Shown: in pieces, positions 30,397 through 39,734 of the stretch
Position numbering within the stretch: position 1 is the first letter of the stretch
How the letters are laid out: the number at the start of each line of letters is the position of its first letter
Source of the DNA: a virus
Lineage: Duplodnaviria > Caudoviricetes
DNA: 64,000 nucleotides
Reading direction: 5' to 3' (one strand)
Virus record (IMG/VR): IMGVR_UViG_3300021387_000147
The notes under the pieces: generated by a model
Databases searched by the model: none
The model's input: the letters and a program-made list of their open reading frames with translations, nothing else
Told to the model about the DNA's origin: nothing
Position numbers and translations under genes: made by a program

Positions 30397-30490
30397 AATC
30401 GGGACAGTTGGTCGCCACCAATTGAATAGCTCTCAACTATTCTAACCGATTTTTTATAAATAAAATAAAGGTTATGGCGATAACCTTTTT
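30397..30490 (+). ncRNA. Structured RNA element (three-way junction plus kissing hairpin) preceding the endonuclease
   Basis: AATCGG/CCGATT, CAGTTGGT/ACCAATTG, GAATAG/CTATTC; AAAGGTTAT/ATAACCTTT; TCGCCA complementary to TGGCGA. Confidence 0.55.
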
Positions 30491-30514
30491 AATATAAAGG
30501 TAAAAGGAGATTAT

Positions 30515-31252
30515 ATGGAAATACAAGAAGGTATTTGTCCAGTTTGTGGTAAACCTACAAAATTAATTAAAAAAGGTTTATATCGTAAATATTGTTCTTA
30601 TGCATGTAGAAATTATATTTTAAATAAGACAATATTAAAAGATAAAGAAAAAGAGAATTTAAATAAAATTAGAAATTCTTTAATACAATTTAAAAAAGAT
30701 AATAGTTTAAATAAATATAAGAAATTATATACAACAGGTCATATATTAAAATATGATACTGATTTTTTATGTCATTGTGATATATGTGATAAAGATTTCA
30801 ATATTACAAGAGCAAATCTATATAATAGAATTATAATAAACAAAATAAATCCATGTCCAATTTGTCATAAAAAGAAAAGAGCATGTGGAAGATCTAAAAT
30901 TGAATATGAGTTATATGATTTTTTAAAAACATTTAATTTAGATATAAAAGATCATTATAAATTTTTTAAAAATAGAAAATTAGAATTTGATTTTTATATT
31001 CCAGAAATGAATATAGCATTTGAATTTGATGGAACATATTGGCATTGTGATCCAAGATTTTATGCACCAGATTATATTATGAAAGTTAAAAATATAACAG
31101 CAAAAGAAATATGGGAAAAAGATGCTGAAAAAGACAAATTAAGTGCGCAAAATAATGTTATATTATATAGAGTTAAAGAATACGATTGGAAAAATGATAA
31201 AGATCGTATAAAACAAGAAATCAAAAATTTAATAGGAATTAAAAATGTTTGA
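30515..31252 (+). CDS. Putative homing endonuclease (Zn fingers plus DUF559/Vsr-like PD-(D/E)XK domain)
   Basis: CPVCG..YCS..C, CDIC, CPIC; S..E, FDFYIP...AFEFDG.YWH, D..KD, E.DW. Confidence 0.8.
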   Translation: MEIQEGICPVCGKPTKLIKKGLYRKYCSYACRNYILNKTILKDKEKENLNKIRNSLIQFKKDNSLNKYKKLYTTGHILKYDTDFLCHCDICDKDFNITRANLYNRIIINKINPCPICHKKKRACGRSKIEYELYDFLKTFNLDIKDHYKFFKNRKLEFDFYIPEMNIAFEFDGTYWHCDPRFYAPDYIMKVKNITAKEIWEKDAEKDKLSAQNNVILYRVKEYDWKNDKDRIKQEIKNLIGIKNV

Positions 31253-32210
31253 AAATAATGATAATCCAAAATGTTTCCTTTGGGTGGAACTTTTTAGACC
31301 AACTACAGTTAAAGATGTAATTTTACCTAAAGACTATAAAAATTTCTTTAGAAAGATTTTGAAGACAAAGGATTTACCTAATCTTTTGTTATCATCATCT
31401 ACGCCAGGAACTGGTAAGACTACTATTGCTAAAGCTATTGCTAAAGATTTAGGTGCTGAAACACTATATATCAATGCTTCTAAGGATAGTGGTAAGGATA
31501 TTGTTAAGACAACTATTTCTGAATTCGCAATGACAATGGGTTTCTCTGGATTTAATGAAGATGCAGAAACTGCAAAGCAAAAGATTGTCATTCTTGATGA
31601 AGCAGACGGTTTGTCAGTAGATTGTCAAAAGGCATTACGTGCATTTATTGAAGATTATCCTAATGCATGTCGCTTTATCATGACTTGTAATTTCCCTGCA
31701 AAGATTATTGATGCTCTACATGAAGGTAGAACAATGGAATTCGAGTTTGACTTTAAGAAACCTGAATATGTTGCAGAAATGAAGGAACAGACAGTAAAGC
31801 GTATTGAAGGTATTTTGAAGTTCGAAAAGATTAAGTATGACAAGCAAGCTATTGTTGACTTAGTTGAAGCACAATATCCATCTATTCGTAAAGCAATTGC
31901 AATCTGTCAGAAGTATGCAATGATGAAGGATGAAATCGATAAGGATATTGTCTATTATAAGAATATTGGTGAAGAACTAAGTAATTTGGTTCTTAATAAG
32001 AAGCATACTGAAGCACGTAAATATATTAACGAACATGGTTTGTCATACTCAGATGTATTCAGTTATTTCTTTGTTGAGTTAATTCCTAAGTTAAAGAACA
32101 AAGGACTTGGATATAAGTATTTGTCAGACTATGAATATAGATGTTCATTTAGTGCAGACCCATCTATTCAGATTGCGGCATGCATGATTGATTTATTTAG
32201 TTGTATTTAA
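31245..32210 (+). CDS. gp44: Clamp loader large subunit gp44
   Basis: LWVELFRP, PGTGKTT, ILDEAD, Q.ALR, FIMTCN. Confidence 0.93.
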   Translation: MFENNDNPKCFLWVELFRPTTVKDVILPKDYKNFFRKILKTKDLPNLLLSSSTPGTGKTTIAKAIAKDLGAETLYINASKDSGKDIVKTTISEFAMTMGFSGFNEDAETAKQKIVILDEADGLSVDCQKALRAFIEDYPNACRFIMTCNFPAKIIDALHEGRTMEFEFDFKKPEYVAEMKEQTVKRIEGILKFEKIKYDKQAIVDLVEAQYPSIRKAIAICQKYAMMKDEIDKDIVYYKNIGEELSNLVLNKKHTEARKYINEHGLSYSDVFSYFFVELIPKLKNKGLGYKYLSDYEYRCSFSADPSIQIAACMIDLFSCI

Positions 32211-32211
32211 T

Positions 32212-32916
32212 ATGTTTGATAGTCAGAAAATAAATTTCGATGATTGGTTATTAGGATATAAACACGGTGTATACGTGTTTACTTCCGATAGCTGTCATCT
32301 TTGTCAAGAATATAAGAAGTCTATTGAGTATATCAATAATCATTTCTTATATTTTGTTGAAGTCACTACAGAACAGCAGAAAGAAGTCTTAGCAAAAACA
32401 ATGAGACGTTCTGCTCTTCCTATGACTGCTTGTTATAAAGATAATAATCTACAATTCGTCCGTCTTGGACAATTGTTTGATTTACAAATGAAAGAAATCC
32501 TTGAATTCTTAAAGGACTTTCCAAAAGAACCTTTGACTAAACAAGAGATTTTAGAAAAAATTGAAGATGCTAAGAAGCAATGTAAGTTTGCTTATTATTT
32601 GTTCACTCAGACAACAACTGAAGATGAACGTCAAAAGATTATTCAAAAATCTTTTGGTTTCCATGAAATACCTGTTGATATTGAAAGAATTAGTCCAAAT
32701 TTAGATAAAAACGATAGAATAAAACAGTTAAAAGGTGAGATACCTTTCGTAAAATTAGTTATATTTAAAGATGGCAGATCAAGTGCTGTATCTGAATTTG
32801 GCCAAGCTATAATGATGGAATTTGCAAACTTAAAATCAAATCCAAATGCCAATCAAGATACTTTTGTAGTTAGAATGATTCCAGAGGTTTTAAATGATAA
32901 CAATAGTTCCAACTAA
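32212..32916 (+). CDS. Thioredoxin-like (CxxC) domain protein; start corrected
   Basis: VFTSDSCHLC..., LPMT cis-Pro-like motif. Confidence 0.55.
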   Translation: MFDSQKINFDDWLLGYKHGVYVFTSDSCHLCQEYKKSIEYINNHFLYFVEVTTEQQKEVLAKTMRRSALPMTACYKDNNLQFVRLGQLFDLQMKEILEFLKDFPKEPLTKQEILEKIEDAKKQCKFAYYLFTQTTTEDERQKIIQKSFGFHEIPVDIERISPNLDKNDRIKQLKGEIPFVKLVIFKDGRSSAVSEFGQAIMMEFANLKSNPNANQDTFVVRMIPEVLNDNNSSN

Positions 32917-33649
32917 AGAACTTCCAGAAAAACCAGACCCAAAATGCATTTATGTTCCTAACATTGAAGATGACTCAATGTGTAAAAAGCTAAATCGTGG
33001 AATTGAAACTTTCTTGAAGGAATTTCCAAATGAAGAAATTGTTTGTATTCGTCACGATGATGCAGAAGTCAGAACAAAAGCTGATGTTGTAGAATGGCAA
33101 ATAAAGGAAATGACTAAAACACATGAAGTTGGTGTGGTTGGTGTAATTGGATGTGCTTGTCTTTATCCAAGTTGTACTTGGTGGAACCCAAATCGTAAAG
33201 TAAATGGTTTAGGTGCTATCAAACAAGGTGGTAGAAGACCAAAGCAAGTAAATGGTTTAACATACGTCGATAAAGATGGTAAGCCAATTATGGAAGACTA
33301 TGAATACGCAATGATTGAACATTTAGGCGTAATTGATTACGCTGCAACTTGTGATGGTTGTTGCATGTTCTTCCCAAGATGGATATTTGAAGAAGGTCTT
33401 CGTTATGATGAATGGTTGCCAGACTTCCATTTTTATGATGCAGATATTTGTTGTGAAGTATTATCTAGAGGATATAAAGTTGGTATCAATACAAATATAG
33501 AAGTATTCCATAAATCTAGTGGTGAAATGCCACCTCAATTTAATAAGTTAAGAGAAAATTTCTATAATAAGTGGAATAATCGTATTGACCAATGGCCAAT
33601 TTCTAGATTGACTAAGTTTAAGAGGATTGCAAATGGCCGCATTATTTGA
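32894..33649 (+). CDS. Glycosyltransferase family 2-like (Glyco_tranf_2_5)
   Basis: N.GI, HDD, GVVGVIG, DGCCM, YDE..FHFYDADIC, H.SSG. Confidence 0.75.
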   Translation: MITIVPTKELPEKPDPKCIYVPNIEDDSMCKKLNRGIETFLKEFPNEEIVCIRHDDAEVRTKADVVEWQIKEMTKTHEVGVVGVIGCACLYPSCTWWNPNRKVNGLGAIKQGGRRPKQVNGLTYVDKDGKPIMEDYEYAMIEHLGVIDYAATCDGCCMFFPRWIFEEGLRYDEWLPDFHFYDADICCEVLSRGYKVGINTNIEVFHKSSGEMPPQFNKLRENFYNKWNNRIDQWPISRLTKFKRIANGRII

Positions 33650-34040
33650 TGTATTAAAAGCATTTACAACAAAGCAATATCCAACATGGAATGAATTGCC
33701 ACCTGAATTAAAAGAAGGTTATAGTCAATTCATGATAAATAGATTTCTATCATGTAAGGAATATCTATTACCTTTGTTAGATGATTTATCTTGTAAACGT
33801 TTAACTGATGAAATGCATTATAACATTCTTATAAATGCAGTTAGACAAGGATATACGTTCTTCAATTATAATGCATATAAGAAAGAACCTGAAGATGATT
33901 TATTATTGAATGCAATAATGAAGGAATATGAGGTTGGATTGCGTGAAGCAAGAATGTATGCAAATGATTTGACAGAAGTTCAGAAAAATAAATTAAAGGA
34001 AAAGTGGGAAGATTATTATAAATATGTTATAAACACTTAG
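33633..34040 (+). CDS. gp62: Clamp loader small subunit gp62
   Basis: LFD.L, YSQFMINRFLS, Y.V..REA..Y. Confidence 0.8.
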   Translation: MAALFDVLKAFTTKQYPTWNELPPELKEGYSQFMINRFLSCKEYLLPLLDDLSCKRLTDEMHYNILINAVRQGYTFFNYNAYKKEPEDDLLLNAIMKEYEVGLREARMYANDLTEVQKNKLKEKWEDYYKYVINT

Positions 34041-34055
34041 TAAAAAGGGTATAAC

Positions 34056-34325
34056 ATGTTATTGACTGAAGCACTTGAACTTTTAGAAAAGAATGGATAC
34101 GAAATATCTGATAATGCAACTGAAAAACAAAGAGAACGTTTAGCAAAAGATATTAGAGAGCAAATTGTTCCTGCAATGATGGAAATAATTTTTAAGCGTT
34201 CTTTTGGAGAAGAAGAATTCAAACATAAGATTATGGAATGTTATTTGCCAGTTGCAAAAATAATGGCAGATAAAAATTTGACAAAAGAACAGAAAGCTGA
34301 AGCAATCTTAGATAATTGGATGTAA
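34056..34325 (+). CDS. Late protein with MxLxE..GY leader
   Basis: TATAAATA 34017-34024; MLLTEALELLEKNGY. Confidence 0.6.
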   Translation: MLLTEALELLEKNGYEISDNATEKQRERLAKDIREQIVPAMMEIIFKRSFGEEEFKHKIMECYLPVAKIMADKNLTKEQKAEAILDNWM

Positions 34326-34326
34326 A

Positions 34327-34560
34327 ATGAAAGTATTATTATTCGTATTATTGTTGAGTTTATACTCATTTGCTTTTAATTTGCATATTGATGTATGTAA
34401 AGATGTAGATAAAATTTGTTATGAATATGATTTTAAAGATGTTAGAGATTGGCATTGGATAAATAATAAGCAATATTTAAGGGTTTTATTCTACGATAAA
34501 AGAGAATTGGATATGAACCTTGGAAATTATAAGATTGTAAACATTAAGAAACGTAAATAA
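34327..34560 (+). CDS. Small secreted protein (signal peptide)
   Basis: MKVLLFVLLLSLYSFA. Confidence 0.6.
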   Translation: MKVLLFVLLLSLYSFAFNLHIDVCKDVDKICYEYDFKDVRDWHWINNKQYLRVLFYDKRELDMNLGNYKIVNIKKRK

Positions 34561-34600
34561 AAGTTTACATATTTCTATAGGGATGGGAGGAAATATGGGG

Positions 34601-34629
34601 AAAGACAGCTGAATAAGCTGTCTTTTTTT
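34601..34629 (+). terminator. Intrinsic terminator ending the + strand arm
   Basis: AAAGACAGCT/AGCTGTCTTT plus T-tract. Confidence 0.75.
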
Positions 34630-34744
34630 GCGCCCAGATGCATTCTGGAGCATTTTTTATGCCCAAGGATGGTACTTATACGGGTAGGGCCTTCCAGGAT
34701 GCCCAGAAACGCTCTATTTTTATGTAAATTATAGTTTACATAAC

Positions 34745-34773
34745 AAAAAAGAATGACAAAAACTGTCATTCTT
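34745..34773 (-). terminator. Intrinsic terminator ending the - strand arm
   Basis: AGAATGACA/TGTCATTCT with A-tract on + strand. Confidence 0.65.
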
Positions 34774-34816
34774 CTATTGGTTGAAACGTGTCCGGTAAAT
34801 GGACCAATATTTGGAA

Positions 34817-35284
34817 TTATGCTAAAGAATTATAGAATACGATAATTGCGGCACAAAGATTTAATGTAGAATAGTCTCTTGAAGTATAATTCTTAATATA
34901 CTTGTTAAATGCTCTTGGAGAACATTTAGAAGAGTCATTTACAATTGACTCAGGTCTATCTACAGAACCGTCTTTTGCTTCTACTGTTTTAATGATTTGT
35001 TCGCATGCACCATGAACTTGGTTTTCCCAAGATTTGATTTGGTCTTCCATATCACCAATCTTTTTAGTCTGGTCACAATTATCATTATAAGCAGTAGAAA
35101 TAGCTTGAATGACGTTTTGTGCAATAGTGACTTGTGGTTTAATTGCATCTCTAATTAAAGTCTTCTTAGTCTGTGTATTTTCTTCATCTTCGTTAATGAA
35201 ATCAATACATGGCTTCTGAATCTTCAATTGATAGTCATTGTAATTAACGTCTAAATTTTCTATAAGTCTTTGTAAATTTGTCAT
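34817..35284 (-). CDS. Hypothetical late protein
   Basis: TATAAATA 35300-35307, SD GAGG. Confidence 0.6.
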   Translation of the reverse strand: MTNLQRLIENLDVNYNDYQLKIQKPCIDFINEDEENTQTKKTLIRDAIKPQVTIAQNVIQAISTAYNDNCDQTKKIGDMEDQIKSWENQVHGACEQIIKTVEAKDGSVDRPESIVNDSSKCSPRAFNKYIKNYTSRDYSTLNLCAAIIVFYNSLA

Positions 35285-35286
35285 AA

Positions 35287-38238
35287 TTATCCTCTTAGAT
35301 ATTTATATAAATCTTCAGCTAGTTCGTTTGAGAAGCTTTCCGTCTTTTCTTCCGCTTTTGCTGGAACTTTAGATGAAACGTCTTGGCCAATTGCTTTTGT
35401 ATCTCCAGAGTTAGTTTCGGTTCCTTTATCTTGTGTTTCTTCTTGATTAGTTTCTTCTTTCTTTTCTTCATTATTTTGGTTCTTTTGGAATATTCCATAA
35501 ATGACTAATAAAATATAGAATGGATCAGATTTAATTTTTTCATCATTTAATGGTTTTAAGTCATCTGCATTCTTTTGCTTGAATTCTTCACTAGACATTA
35601 AATTCTTATATAATTCATTGACTTTATTTGCCCAATCATTATATTCTTTAATGAAATCATCAACTTTCTTTTCTTTAGCATTATCAACTAATTTTTCGCA
35701 ATTTCCGCAATATTCTGCAACAGTCTTACTAATTTCTTCATAATTAAGACCTTTATTTTCTTCTTCATTTAAGTTAAGAACTATATCTTTAATTTCATCC
35801 ATTAGACTTTCTTTAGTAATAGCTTTAACTTCTTGGCCAAGAGCTTGCATATCTTGAGATACAAACTTCTTAAAGAAGAATACTTTTGGAATAAAATACT
35901 TAAAGATATTTTCAAATTTTTGTGATATTACTTCATAAGCTTTCTTTAACTTATCATTTTGTTCAATAGTCTTAGTAATAGTTGCTATTTGTTCTTGTGA
36001 TGTTTTAATGAAAGCTAAAGCATTTTGTGGTTCTTTAACTTTATCATCTACAGCTTGAATTTCTTTATTAACAGTAACTACTTGTTGTGTTAACTGTTGT
36101 GGAACTTCTTCTGATGCATCTTCTTTCTTTTCATGACCAATTGCTAATAGAACTGGGTCATTTACAATTTCAACTACATTAGAAATCTGTTTTACTGCTC
36201 CACCAAATTCTTGACGTAAATCTTCAATATTACCAATTTCTACGTCAGAGAATTCTGGAATATCAGTTAAATTACTGATTGCATCAAACAATAGCTTAGA
36301 TTTATCAAATAATTCACCAGCAGTAATTGTATTAGTTATCATTTCATCATAACTTAACATTCTTGCATTATTTGATTTTGAATTGAATAAACCTAATAGC
36401 TTAGCAAATGTTTCAGATACAACCTTCTGATTTTTATCAGTTAACTTTTCAGCAACCTTAATCATTCCTTCAGATGCTTTACCAATAGAACCGTCAGAAT
36501 ATCCTTTATCTAATGCACCAAAACCAAAATCAATACCTAAATTGAAATTGAATTTTGTATTTCTCCAATCAATCTTTTCTTCTTTAGGTTTTTCTTGTTT
36601 TTGTTCTTGATTCTTTTCATTATCTTTTTTAGCATCATCTGCAGCATCTTGAACTGCAGCTACAGTTTCTGTATTTGCTTTATCGTCATCTGGACCTTCA
36701 ACAATCATTGGATTGTTATAAACAGGTTTATAACTTGCAGCTTGCTGTGGTACTTCTTCCTGTTTTTCTTCAGTATTTTCTGCAGGTTTTTCTTCATCAA
36801 TTTTCTTTAATTCATCCATTGCAGTCTGATAACCTAACTTAACATTAGCTAGATTATTTTTGGTATTATTCATATAATCTTTTGTAGACTGATTAATACT
36901 GAATTTACCATCTTTTTCAACTACAAGAGGTTTATCCTTTAATTGTAAGAATGCATTAGTGAAATCCTGTTCATACTTAACTAAATCTGATGCGTATGTT
37001 TGGATAATTTCATAAATTTTATCATTCTTTTTCTTTTCACCATCATTACCAATCTGTTGCATATCATTACAGAAATCTTTTTGTTTCTTATTTTCAAGAT
37101 CTGTAATAATATCCTTCTGTGAAGTTCTCTTATCATTTAAGAATTCTTGCCACTTCTTTTCACCATGTTCAATAACCTTAAAGAACTTGATCAATAACTT
37201 AGCAGCGCAGTTAAAGATATTCCATTTCTGCTTATCAATAGCATCAATTGCTTTTGCTAAATCTGGGTGATTCTTAATATAAGTCATTGGACCAAAGTGA
37301 CCTAAACGACCTACACGCTTTTCAACTGTATTTGTGACAGGGTCTGTGAAATTATCTTCAGTATCTTTCTTTTCCTTTTCGATAATTTCCATACGACCTT
37401 TTTCAAAAGATGCTTGTAATGTTTTCTTCTTTGTTTCTACATCTCTCTTGTGTTCTTCAATAAATGGATTCATATATCTGATTTTATCTTCATCTTTCTT
37501 AAATGAATATACATTATTGAAGAATTCTTTAATGGATAGATTATCAATATCAGATGCTTCATTTAAATTAGCAATGAATTCATCTGTTGATTCATTTCTT
37601 TTGTTAATATCTTCTTTAACACCAGCTACAGCATCGATTAACATCTTAGTATCGATTTTTTCTAGCTGATTAAAATAATCTTCTTTTTCAGTCTTAAATG
37701 CATTCTTTAAACCGTATAGAACATCATCTTGAGAGATATTCTTTTTATCACCAAGTTTATAGATTACATCAATAGAATTATATGTTAAGATTTTACCTAA
37801 TCTTTCGTATTCTTGTGAGGCTGTACTAAAATTCCAAGATTTATTATCTTTTACATGCTTTTCAAGTGAATTTTTGTCTAACTTAACTGATTGCTGGAAT
37901 ACTTGTTTAATATCAGAATCAGTATCATCACCAAAAATTAAATCAGCTCTTGGATCTGGAGAACCATTATCTAATGCTACTTTAAATTCTTTCTTCTTAA
38001 ATTCACCTTTATCATCTTTGATATAATATGTAAATTTATCATTATTATAGCTTTTAGCAAAATCTTCAACTGGCACTACATGAGACCAGTTATCTTTATC
38101 AAAAGACTTTATTGCTTTAATAACAGCATCTTTATCTTTGGTTTCACCATTAAACCATTGTCTTACTAATTTTTCTTGGTCTTCAGTTGCTTTTTCATTT
38201 AAATAGTTCTTTACAAAATCTTGATACTTTTGTGACAT
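35287..38238 (-). CDS. Large helical K/E-rich putative internal head protein; start corrected to 38238
   Basis: Late promoter 38256-38263; MSQKYQDFVKNYLNE leader like the T4 IP capsid-targeting sequence; repeated LNE motifs. Confidence 0.65.
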   Translation of the reverse strand: MSQKYQDFVKNYLNEKATEDQEKLVRQWFNGETKDKDAVIKAIKSFDKDNWSHVVPVEDFAKSYNNDKFTYYIKDDKGEFKKKEFKVALDNGSPDPRADLIFGDDTDSDIKQVFQQSVKLDKNSLEKHVKDNKSWNFSTASQEYERLGKILTYNSIDVIYKLGDKKNISQDDVLYGLKNAFKTEKEDYFNQLEKIDTKMLIDAVAGVKEDINKRNESTDEFIANLNEASDIDNLSIKEFFNNVYSFKKDEDKIRYMNPFIEEHKRDVETKKKTLQASFEKGRMEIIEKEKKDTEDNFTDPVTNTVEKRVGRLGHFGPMTYIKNHPDLAKAIDAIDKQKWNIFNCAAKLLIKFFKVIEHGEKKWQEFLNDKRTSQKDIITDLENKKQKDFCNDMQQIGNDGEKKKNDKIYEIIQTYASDLVKYEQDFTNAFLQLKDKPLVVEKDGKFSINQSTKDYMNNTKNNLANVKLGYQTAMDELKKIDEEKPAENTEEKQEEVPQQAASYKPVYNNPMIVEGPDDDKANTETVAAVQDAADDAKKDNEKNQEQKQEKPKEEKIDWRNTKFNFNLGIDFGFGALDKGYSDGSIGKASEGMIKVAEKLTDKNQKVVSETFAKLLGLFNSKSNNARMLSYDEMITNTITAGELFDKSKLLFDAISNLTDIPEFSDVEIGNIEDLRQEFGGAVKQISNVVEIVNDPVLLAIGHEKKEDASEEVPQQLTQQVVTVNKEIQAVDDKVKEPQNALAFIKTSQEQIATITKTIEQNDKLKKAYEVISQKFENIFKYFIPKVFFFKKFVSQDMQALGQEVKAITKESLMDEIKDIVLNLNEEENKGLNYEEISKTVAEYCGNCEKLVDNAKEKKVDDFIKEYNDWANKVNELYKNLMSSEEFKQKNADDLKPLNDEKIKSDPFYILLVIYGIFQKNQNNEEKKEETNQEETQDKGTETNSGDTKAIGQDVSSKVPAKAEEKTESFSNELAEDLYKYLRG

Positions 38239-38317
38239 ATAATTTACCTCTAAGATATTTATACAATAAAAAAAGACTCTCACTTGGAGAGTCTTAAATC
38301 TTATAGGTTAATTGTTA

Positions 38318-39226
38318 TTACTTTTCCCAAACTGCTAAGCAAGAAGGATCTTGATCATCTACTTCATAGTCAATTTCGTCTAGAGTGTCAAGTGCTTCAC
38401 ATAGGTCAGAGTATACTTCTGAGTCTACAATGTTATCTACACTTTCGTCATAGATGAATGTGACATCTGCTTCAGATTCATCAATTAAAGTCTTCAACTG
38501 TAATTCCTTTACAATATCGAATACTTCATCAATATCTTTCTTTTTCTTCTTGTCCTTCTTCTTGTCTTTCTTTTTACCACCGCAGCAACCTGCACCACAT
38601 TCATTTACCTTAGTAGATTCATCAACGTCGTCATCATCGTCTTCGCCGTCTTCATTATATTCTACTGGTTCAGCATCTTCATCTGAATAGTAAATGTTTG
38701 TTTCTGGTCCCATGATTGATGGGTCTGCGACTTCAAAACCGTCAACTTCTGTTGTAGGAACATCTTCTTCTGTAGCTGGTTCTTCTGCATCTGTTTCAGT
38801 GTCAGAAATTACATTTAAATGAGCACCGCAACATGGGCAAACAGGATCAGCCAAGTCTAATTCATATTCTTCATCAGGATCTGGTTCTGCATCTGGGTCT
38901 GCTTCAGCGTCGTCATCTTCGTCACCTTCAGCATCTTCTGCATCAGCTACCGCATCTTCAGCGTCTGCAACAATATCTTCTTCAGATTCTTCTGGAGCGA
39001 TTACACCTGTTCCACCACAAGTTTCACATTCTTCTCCATCTTCATCTTCGCCGGTACCGTCACAGTCTGGACATTCAATTTCTTCAACTGCTTCTACATC
39101 AGCATCTTCTGCAGTATCGTCAGTTTCAGTTTCATCTTCTTCGACTTTGTCATCATCGTCATCGTCTTCTGAAGCTTCACACAACCATGCTGCTTTCTTA
39201 AAATATAAATCATCGAATTTGTTCAT
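38318..39226 (-). CDS. Highly acidic late protein with Zn-finger motifs
   Basis: CPDCDGTG/CETCGGTG, CPCCG; late promoter 39246-39253. Confidence 0.65.
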   Translation of the reverse strand: MNKFDDLYFKKAAWLCEASEDDDDDDKVEEDETETDDTAEDADVEAVEEIECPDCDGTGEDEDGEECETCGGTGVIAPEESEEDIVADAEDAVADAEDAEGDEDDDAEADPDAEPDPDEEYELDLADPVCPCCGAHLNVISDTETDAEEPATEEDVPTTEVDGFEVADPSIMGPETNIYYSDEDAEPVEYNEDGEDDDDDVDESTKVNECGAGCCGGKKKDKKKDKKKKKDIDEVFDIVKELQLKTLIDESEADVTFIYDESVDNIVDSEVYSDLCEALDTLDEIDYEVDDQDPSCLAVWEK

Positions 39227-39263
39227 ATTAAATATCTCCTTAGTATATTTATAAAAATTAAAA

Positions 39264-39734
39264 TTAATGAATATGTTTTAGCATTTCAATGATTTCATTT
39301 TCGATATAATAAGGATCGATTTTAATGTTATCATTGGCTAGTTTATTTGCTATCGCATTTGCTTTGACTTTTACAATTCTCTTTAATTGAGGGTCTGTAT
39401 ATTCAAAACGAGTATTATATTCTGGTTCTATATTACCATTTGCATCGTAATATGGTTCATGAACAGCTAATTCAGTTTCGTAGATATTCAATGCTTCTTC
39501 ACCGCAAATATCTAGTAAATAATCTGAAAAAGCGTTCTCTTTTAAAAACTTGTTTTCAGTTGTTAACTTCAAATCTTGTCCAAATTGATTCTTTACTGAG
39601 TCAACAATCTTTAATCGTTTACCACAGCAAGGACAAACTGGATTTGTCAATGATATATCATAAGCAACTTCTTTAGTTACTTCTTGTGTACCATCGTTAA
39701 CTTCTGTATAGTTATCTAATTCTAAATTATCCAT
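39264..39734 (-). CDS. Hypothetical protein with CPCCG motif paralogous to its neighbour
   Basis: YDISLTNPVCPCCG versus YELDLADPVCPCCG. Confidence 0.6.
   Translation of the reverse strand: MDNLELDNYTEVNDGTQEVTKEVAYDISLTNPVCPCCGKRLKIVDSVKNQFGQDLKLTTENKFLKENAFSDYLLDICGEEALNIYETELAVHEPYYDANGNIEPEYNTRFEYTDPQLKRIVKVKANAIANKLANDNIKIDPYYIENEIIEMLKHIH

Larger units (their letters stand above)
30397..31266 (+). mobile_element. Homing-endonuclease cassette inserted into the 5' end of gp44 (AATC at both ends)
   Basis: Orphan SD+ATG ACA AAT at 30391; deleting 30400-31265 gives MTNPKCFLW; very AT-rich insert. Confidence 0.55.

Noticed and set aside
34575-34769. 64-aa ORF in the convergence region
   Set aside because: Overlaps two terminators and the palindromes, with no SD; more likely non-coding.
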